This document shows, piece by piece, positions 47,560 to 54,905 of a stretch of DNA of 54,905 bases. The DNA is from Octopus bimaculoides (taxonomy: Eukaryota): assembly GCF_001194135.2 (NCBI RefSeq), contig NC_068983.1, positions 88,539,231-88,594,135 of the forward strand. Reading direction: 5' to 3'. Below the pieces are notes generated by a model. That model was not told the DNA's origin and ran no database searches. It was given only the letters and a program-made list of their open reading frames with translations. Both the position numbers and the translations under genes were made by a program. The first letter of the stretch is position 1. The number at the start of each line of letters is the position of its first letter.

Positions 47560-48870
47560 TGTCTGGATGTATATATTGTGAGGAATGGGTGGATAAGGTG
47601 ACTGAAGTAGTTAGAATATGTGATAGGATTATTAAACTAAGAATAGTTTTGTATAGTGTAATACTAACATTTATTTCTGCACATACTCCACACACCAGAG
47701 TGGCAGATGAACGGAAGGACCATTTCTATGAATCCTTTTTACAGACTACCTCTATGATGAAAGACAAAGACGTTTGTATGGCTGGTGATTTCGATGGTCA
47801 TGTTGGGCAGCACTCCAATAGATTTCATGGTGTGCATGGAGGTTACAGTTTTATTGGTAGGAATGAGAAGGAAACAAGGCTGCTGGAGTTTTGTGATGCA
47901 GATGACTTGCTAGTCTGCAATACTAACTTCAGGAAAACTGCCAGATATCTGATCGCCTATAAAATTTGTTGAGCACATAAGCCAAATTAACTACATTTTC
48001 ACCAGAAACATGGATAGGCAGATGCTTTTCAATGCAAAGTCCCTTGTGAGTGAAGAATGTTCAACACAACATAGGTTAGATCCTTCAAACAGCCATAGAT
48101 TTAGAGACGTTCTAAATGAAGCATTTGATGAAAAGGAGGAAGAGATAGAATGTAAAATAGAGGACAACTGAAAGTTCTTACAGGATAACCTACTGAAGGT
48201 GACAGATAAAATTAGTAGCAGGAGCAAAGCTTCTACCTAACCAAAGGTGACATGGTGGTGGAACAATGAAGTTGACAGGGCCATAAAACAGAAGAGATGA
48301 GTTTGGAAAAAGTGAAAAAGTGGAAGTAGCAAAGAACTAACTGGTGGTAGCTAAAAGGCCGAAAGAATCATGTTTGCCAATGTCTTACAGTGTGAAGATC
48401 AGAGACTTGAGAAGTTTGGGATTGCTGGACCATGTATCAGAGAGAGTCAAAATGTTAAGGGAAAGAAGTGTATATGGATGGATAATATGTTTGCTTTTAG
48501 TGACTCTGAAAAGAAAGAGGGGTGGAAGGGCTACAGTGACAGGTTATCAAATGTAGAGAATGTATGGGAAAAAGAATGTCTTCCTAATGTGAACCCAACA
48601 GAGGCACTAGCTATCCTAGTTGGCAGCAGTATGATAGATAAAGCAATTAAGGATATGAAAACAGAGAAAGCCTCTGGTCCATTGGGTATTACCATTGAAA
48701 TGCTTAAAATATCTGGCAGTGTAGGATACAGTTAGATTACCTGTATAGTTAATCAGGTTATACAGAAAGGAATCATTCCCAATCACTAGAGTAGCAGCAT
48801 TATAATCAGTTGTTAAAAGGGTAACAAGAAATGCCTTACATAAAAGTAATTACAGATGTATCAAATTACT
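47560..48870 (+). mobile_element. Older RTE LINE fragment (AP endonuclease to RT N-terminus)
   Basis: CDRIIKL, KDHFYE, AGDFDGHVG, RLLEFC, NTNFRK, WWWN, KASGP; homologous to 8790-9576. Confidence 0.9.
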
Positions 48871-48885
48871 GGACACATAACTGTA

Positions 48886-48922
<37 letters not shown>

Positions 48923-48944
48923 CTATATGTATGCATATGTACAT

Positions 48945-48979
<35 letters not shown>

Positions 48980-49037
48980 GGATTACCTTAGGTTTCCCGT
49001 CCATAAAGGGATTAGCCTTATGGTTTATCGTCAGATC
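48980..49037 (-). ncRNA. Hammerhead-like motif in the inverted PLE pseudo-LTR
   Basis: GAU-CUGACGA-UAAACCAUAAGG CUAAUCC CUUUAUGGACGG-GAAA-CCUAAG-GUA-AUCC. Confidence 0.6.
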
Positions 49038-51196
49038 AAAAAAAACCTGTTGGCTCATGACCTCTTCAAAATATGGTGGGAGAAATTGGGGTAACAATTG
49101 GGGATTATCTCCCTTTGCTATTGGCTATCGACTCCCGGCTACTCCACTAAAAATATACCCACACCAACCAATGAGTTGTACACCCGTATGCTGCTGGAAA
49201 AGATAATGGACGTGATTAGGCATATGAGGTGGAAAGCGTTCTACTACAACTTAGCCACACCATCCCCAGAGAGCAACAACTATGGAATTAGATCGAGAAG
49301 ACACCCACCCAAAATCAAGGACCTTGAACCCTTTGAGGAGGATCTGCTGGGCATCATTCCCAAACTGAAATTCCATAAGTCCTCTTGCTCCTTTCCAACA
49401 CAAGCTCCAGACCAACATTAGATTGTTAAAAAACTCGGATAGGTCCCTAATCTTCTCTGATAAGGTGAAAAACTTATATAGGATAGACACCCTAGATTAT
49501 GACAGACTACTAGAAAGCAATATCACACAAAATTATAGGCATGCTTCCCCACACACTTATAACGAACAAATGAAGTGACCACATGGTTTAACACTGACAA
49601 AGGAAAAGGCAGAGCAAGGTTAACCCAGTTTAATATAGTGAACTTTTATCCATCTATATCAAAAGGACTTCTGGCCAAGGTACTTTCTTTCACTAGCGGC
49701 TTCACTAACATTAGTGACAGAGATTTAGAAGTTATTTTGTATGCCAGAAAGATAGTGCTGTTCAACAAAGGTTTGGCATAGGTCAAGCAATCTGACCTCA
49801 TAGCAATAGGAGCCTATGACAGCACTGACATATGCGACCTCATCAGGTTGTATATCCTAGATGCCCTCAGCAATCAGACCCCATGCTGACATATGCCACC
49901 ACATTGGGTTGTATATCCTAGATACCCTTAGGAAAAAGTTACCTTCTGTCCTTTTTGACTTTTACAGAGATAATGTCCTTGACCATCTGTAGGGAGACAA
50001 GCAAGCATACACTAGACAGGCTTAGAAAAAATCTAATCAGCACGCTTGCCTCCATAGGAATTGAAAATCACCATAGAGACCAACCTCACAACCACGAACT
50101 TCTTAGATGTCATGCTTGACTTGGGCTCCAATACCTACAGGCCCTACCGCAAACCAAACGAGAGGCTAACATACATCAACACAGCCTCCTGCCACCCACC
50201 CATCATGTTCAAAAACCTGGTAAAGGGTGTTAGTAAGAGGATCACAAACCTTTCCTCCAACCAAGAGATTTTTAACGCAGCGGCCCCGTACTATAACAAG
50301 GCCCTAGCCGCCAGTAGATTTAGGGACCAGATCTTCTACATGCTGGAACCTAACAACCGCAGAAGGAAGCACCACAGAAATACCATTTGGTTTGTCCTAC
50401 CCCTTCACTCTTAACACAAAAACGCCCATAGGTAGAATATTTCTTAAATTAATAGATTAGCATTTCACTAGCTCTCATAGGTACAGGCTCATTTTCAACA
50501 GGCACAATATTAGAGTCTCATTTAGCTGTGCCTCTAATATTAAAAACATCCTAGTTAGCACCCCTAAGCCACAGGAAGAGGCAGGATGTTCATGCAGGGA
50601 CCACAACAGTCGGAGGCCACAGCAAAACCAAAGTTGTCATCTATCAAGCCAAAGTACTAGCAAACCCTAGCAATACCACTGGCAGAAGCAGTAGCAGCTG
50701 TAGACACAAGAACAGAACCAGCAACACCACCACCATCACTACAGTTAACAACATTAGCAACTATAGCAATAACAGCACCAGCAACAGAATTGGTAGTCTC
50801 CCCAACAGCAACAACACTAACAATAACAGCTGCATTGCCATCAACATCAGCATTACCAACAACTTCCCTAACGTCCACAGTAGCAGAACTGACAACCCCT
50901 ATAGCAGCAGCAACAGGTCCAGTGCCACTAACAGCTATAACGGTAATAACAGCAGCAGTAGCAACAGTGGCTCTAGCAGAAACACCATCGAAACCATGGC
51001 TCTAGCAGCAATGGCAGCTCTCTCACCAATGACGAGGATCACAACAATAACAACAGTACCTTCACCATAACCGGCAGTGGCAGTTCCATTGCCAACACCA
51101 ACACCACCCCCAGCAACGACAACACAGGCAGTCCCAGCTCCAACAACAACAATGTCAGTGGCAGCAGTTACAACAATAATAGCAACACCTGCAGGT

Positions 51197-51455
51197 ACAA
51201 CACACACCCACAGAGATACATTGGATGTTCTGGACAACACACACCCACAGAGATACATTGGATGTTCTGGACAACACACACCCACAGAGATACATTGGAT
51301 GTTCTGGACAACACACACCCACAGAGATACATTGGATGTTCTGGACAACACACACCCACAGAGATACATTGGATGTTCTGGACAACACACACCCACAGAG
51401 ATACATTGGATGTTCTGGACAACACATGCCCACAGAGATACATTGGATGTTCTGG
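51197..51455 (+). repeat. 37-bp minisatellite x7 inside the PLE endonuclease
   Basis: acaacacacacccacagagatacattggatgttctgg; six identical units, last with two substitutions; no spacers. Confidence 0.97.
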
Positions 51456-52022
51456 AAACTCTTTCAAGCAACGTCACTTCAACCACAGGTCTTCCTTCAG
51501 AGTTCTGGAAAGGAGACATGTAACATCACTGGCCAGCCACACCTGGCAATTAGGTGACGATGGGATTCCTTAACTCCAGAGCAGAGATACATTGCATGCT
51601 CCAGGAACTCCTTCAAGCAATGTCACTTCAACCACAGGTCCTCCTTCAGAGTTCTGGAAGGAGATACATAACATTGCCGGCCAGCCACATCTGGCAACTA
51701 AGAGACGATGGGATTCCATACTCAATCTCATGAAAAATCCTTGAGAACCCAGGCCCCTACATCAACGGGATGAAGCATTGTAAGTTATGCATAGCTGAAT
51801 GAACAAGAAACCTAAAAGACTCGCTCAAATCAAGGAACATCCTTAACTCCAGAATGGAGATTTTTGGGCCATGTTTACATTTCAGAAGGTTCCTGCTAGT
51901 ATTTTGGAGCCCACAAGATGGTGGCACCACCGGAAGTCGATAGCCAATAGCAAAGGGAGATAATCCCCAATTGTTACCTTTGAGTAGTGATGCATTTCCT
52001 CCCTCTAAATTTTGAAGAGGTC

Positions 52023-54905
52023 TAAAATGTGGGTGTTAAGGCCCCTATTAGGGGAGTCTTAAAGTCAACCAGAGAAGTCGAATTGTTGGGAATCTTTTTT
52101 TTAACTTGTGTCTTATATCGATTGTTCAAATTTCTTTGAAATCGGAAATATATGAATGTTCAATGGGTTTGTAAAAGAGAGCAAAGCTACAGGAGAGCAA
52201 AAGATGAATGATCACGATAATGTCAGCTACCCTACCCTAGTCGTTACTACTCCCCAATGTAGGATACCTCACCATACAGGTGACCGGCACAGCTGTAAGA
52301 TGCATTATAGATCTATAGCAATTAGAAGGGTGTGACCCAACTCAAATAAACATCAACAACTGTGTGACGTGAGGGCTAAGGGGAAATGAAAGTGTCATCT
52401 CTGGAGTTTGCCAATGATCACTATGCCGATAGGTAACTGAACAGAATAAATTTGCAATCTATAAATCTCTTTGAATGATCAATCACTGATCTGGAAAGGC
52501 CTTGAAATCAATGTTACCATCTGGGGACTATCTCTGACCCAGTGATAATAAAAAGACTCAAAGGAGGTCTGCAACCAAATAACTTTACTCAAAATAACAC
52601 TTTGCAACCGAATCAGTGGAGGCAAAGATGCCTCTCCTTTCCTTGACAATTTATGCACCACATTACCCAGTGTAAGCTAGGGACACATAAGAAGTGCAGC
52701 AACATCAAAGGAAGGCTAACTAGGAAGTCAGATTTTGTATGTGGCAGATGCTCAGGAGCAATAAACACTGAAATTGTGCAGAAAACAACCTTTGCCACAC
52801 TCCAGGGAGAAAAACTAGAAGTAGTTGATAGCTTCCGCTAACTAGGCGACCAAGTTAGTAGCGGGGGTGGGTGCACTGAAAGTGTAGCTGCAAGAATAAG
52901 AATAGCCTGGGCAAAATTCAGAGAGCTCTTACCTCTGCTGGTGACAAAGGGCCTCTCACTCATGTAAAAGGCAGACTGTATGATGCATGTGTACAAACAG
53001 CCATGCTACATCGCAGTGAAACATGGGCTGTAACTGCTTAGGACATGTGTAAGCTCACAAGGAATGAAGCCAGTATGCTCCGATGGATGTGTAATGTCAG
53101 TGTGCATATACAACAGAGTGTAAGCACTCTAAGAGAAAAGTTGGACCTAAGAAGCATCAGTTGTGGTGTGCAAGAGAGACTATTGCGTTGGTATGGTCAT
53201 GTGGCGAGAATGGATGAGGATAGCTGTGTGAAGAGGTAGACCCAGGAAGACCTGTGATGAGGTGATGAAGCACGACCTTTGAACATTGGGCCTCACCGAG
53301 GCAATGACTAGTGACCGAGACCTTTGGAAATATGCTGTGCATGAGAAGAGCCGGCAAGCCAAGTGAGACCATAACCCGTGGCCTTTACAAGGGGTGTAGC
53401 CAGCCCACTTATGCGTACCTTTTCTTCTTTGGACACAAAACTCTGCTTGTGAAGACCAGTTGAAGCAAGTGAAATTGAAATCAAATCAATTTCAACAACT
53501 GGCACCCATGCCAAGCTTCCTTCATTGGACACTAAACTCTGCTTGTGAAGACCTGTTGGGGCAAGTGAAACCGAAATTGGACTAAATTTGATGACTGGCA
53601 CCCATGCCAGTGGAGCGCTGACAACTCCATCTGAACGGGGTCACTGCCAGAGCAGCTGTCTGGCTTCCGTGCTGGTGGTATGTAAAAAGCACCATTTGAG
53701 CGTGATTGTTAGCAGCGTCGCCTTACTGGCACGTGAACAAAACATTCGAGCGAGGTCGTTGCCAATGCCACTGGACTGACTCCTGTGCAGGTGGCACATA
53801 AAAAACACCATTTGAGCATGGCCATTGCCAGTACCACCAGAGCGGCCCTCGTGTCGGTGGCACGTAAAAGCACCCACTACACTTTCAGATTGGTTAGCAT
53901 TAGGAAGGGCATCCAGCTGTAGAAACTCTGCCAGATCAGATTGGAGCCTGATGCAGCCATCTGGTTCGCCAGTCCTCAGTCAAATCATCCAACCCATGCT
54001 AGCATGGAAAGCAGACATTAAACGATGATGATGAAGATGCTGGTTGCAGCAATCACAATTTACATACATCTCAAAGTAAACTCTTACACTGTTGTACCAT
54101 TGAATTACAAATAATGCTCATCTTGTATCTTTGGGTGATTCTACAGCTTTCAAGACTACAATTGTATTCATCTTGGCTTATGAAAAATGACTAAATTGTG
54201 GAGGTTAAGCCCCCATTAAGGGGTCTTACTAACTTCCTAAGAAGTTGAAATTTTAGGAATATTACTTCATTTGTGTCTAATATCTATGGTTAAAATTTCA
54301 TCAACAGCAAAAACATATGAATTTTCATGGGGGTTATGGCCTCATTAATTCCTCCCACCACTTTCAAACACGCATTACATCTGTCTTTATGCATAGAATA
54401 TAATTTCCAAATTTCATAAAGATCCATTCAGTACTTTTGACCTTGTTTTGAATCATACAAGATGACTAAAATTTGGGAGTTAAGGCCCCCATTAGGGTGT
54501 CTTAGAATCCTCATGAGAAGTTGAAACTTTGGGAATACTTTTTGATTTGTGTCAATTACCTATGGTTGAAATTTCATCAACATTGGAAATTTATGAATTT
54601 TCATGGGGGATTCTTCCCCCTTTAAGCCCCCTCAAATTCAAACCAAACACACTGCATTATACCCACCCTTATGCATTGAATCTAAGTTCCAAATGTCATA
54701 AAGATCCATTCAGTAATTTTAGTCCATGAAAAAGGACTAAACATTGGGGGTTAAACCCCCCTTTATGCCCCCTCAAAATTGTATGAAACATACAGCATTA
54801 CCCTTCTCCCTAGGCTTGGATTTTGTGTTCCAAATTTCATTAGGATTGGTCCAGTAGTTTTTGAATCTATAAGTAACACATGAACACACAGACATTGACT
54901 GTTAT
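52023..54905 (-). mobile_element. Helitron-like non-autonomous element with ~270-bp internal tandem units, interrupted by RTE
   Basis: Unit gactaaa..gttaag.cccc.tta.gg.gtctt..gaagttgaa at ~52021, 54190, 54464 and partially 54736. The window ends in aacacacagacattgactgttat, resembling a reversed Helitron 5' end. Confidence 0.55.
52640..54035 (+). mobile_element. RTE LINE 3' fragment, same family as 8790-12428
   Basis: QCKLGTHKKCSNIKGRLTRK..CGRCSG, LEVVDSF, RWYGHVARM, 3' UTR and (GAT)n tail. Confidence 0.95.

Larger units (their letters stand above)
48980..52022 (+). mobile_element. Penelope-like retroelement (RT + C-terminal GIY-YIG), decayed, with inverted pseudo-LTR at its left end
   Basis: MRWKAF, QFNIVNFYPSI, IGAYDSTDICDLI, FYRDNVL (YRDD), ITIETNL..NFLDV, YINTASCHPP, RNTIWF, FNRHNIRVSFSC, CSC, VIYQAKV, RYIGCSGNSFKQRHFNH, CKLC, ILNSRME..CLH. 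49059-49138 is the reverse complement of 51930-52022. Confidence 0.92.

Noticed and set aside
51197-51455. 37-bp direct repeats as a CRISPR array
   Set aside because: No spacers; eukaryotic context; the unit is PLE coding sequence.
50790-51523. Thr/Ala/Pro-rich mucin-like ORFs
   Set aside because: Alternative frames of the low-complexity spacer inside the PLE endonuclease; no splice or signal-peptide support.

Overview
AT-rich, microsatellite-dense animal genomic DNA with several assembly gaps. The SINE/LINE families look like those of an octopus or other coleoid cephalopod; that assignment is from recall, not a search. One host gene is visible on the + strand: six phase-compatible GT-AG coding exons (3814-4025, 5175-5422, 12972-13123, 21933-22025, 36966-37159, 39260-39401; 1041 nt = 347 codons) of a TPR protein I recognise as TTC16. 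Its start and end lie outside the window or were not found. Most of the rest is transposon debris: Tc1, two mariners, a hAT MITE, three Helitron-type elements, two Gypsy remnants, RTE, L1/Tx1, R4/Dong and NeSL/HERO-like LINE fragments, several SINE families and a Penelope-like element (PLE). The most interesting unannotated signal is a set of minimal type-I hammerhead-ribozyme-like motifs (CUGANGA...GAAA...NUH, short and often palindromic stem III) from at least three unrelated sequence families. They sit in fold-back elements and in the inverted pseudo-LTR of the PLE. One family has an atypical mismatched base of stem II in all three copies. All copies that keep both core and stems are antisense to the TTC16 pre-mRNA. 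Also notable: a PLE GIY-YIG endonuclease split by a ~190-codon Asn/Ser/Thr spacer, a frame-preserving 37-bp minisatellite built from the YIG codons, and a fully readable four-level nest (SINE > mariner > Gypsy > Helitron). All structures were read by eye; nothing was computed or searched.
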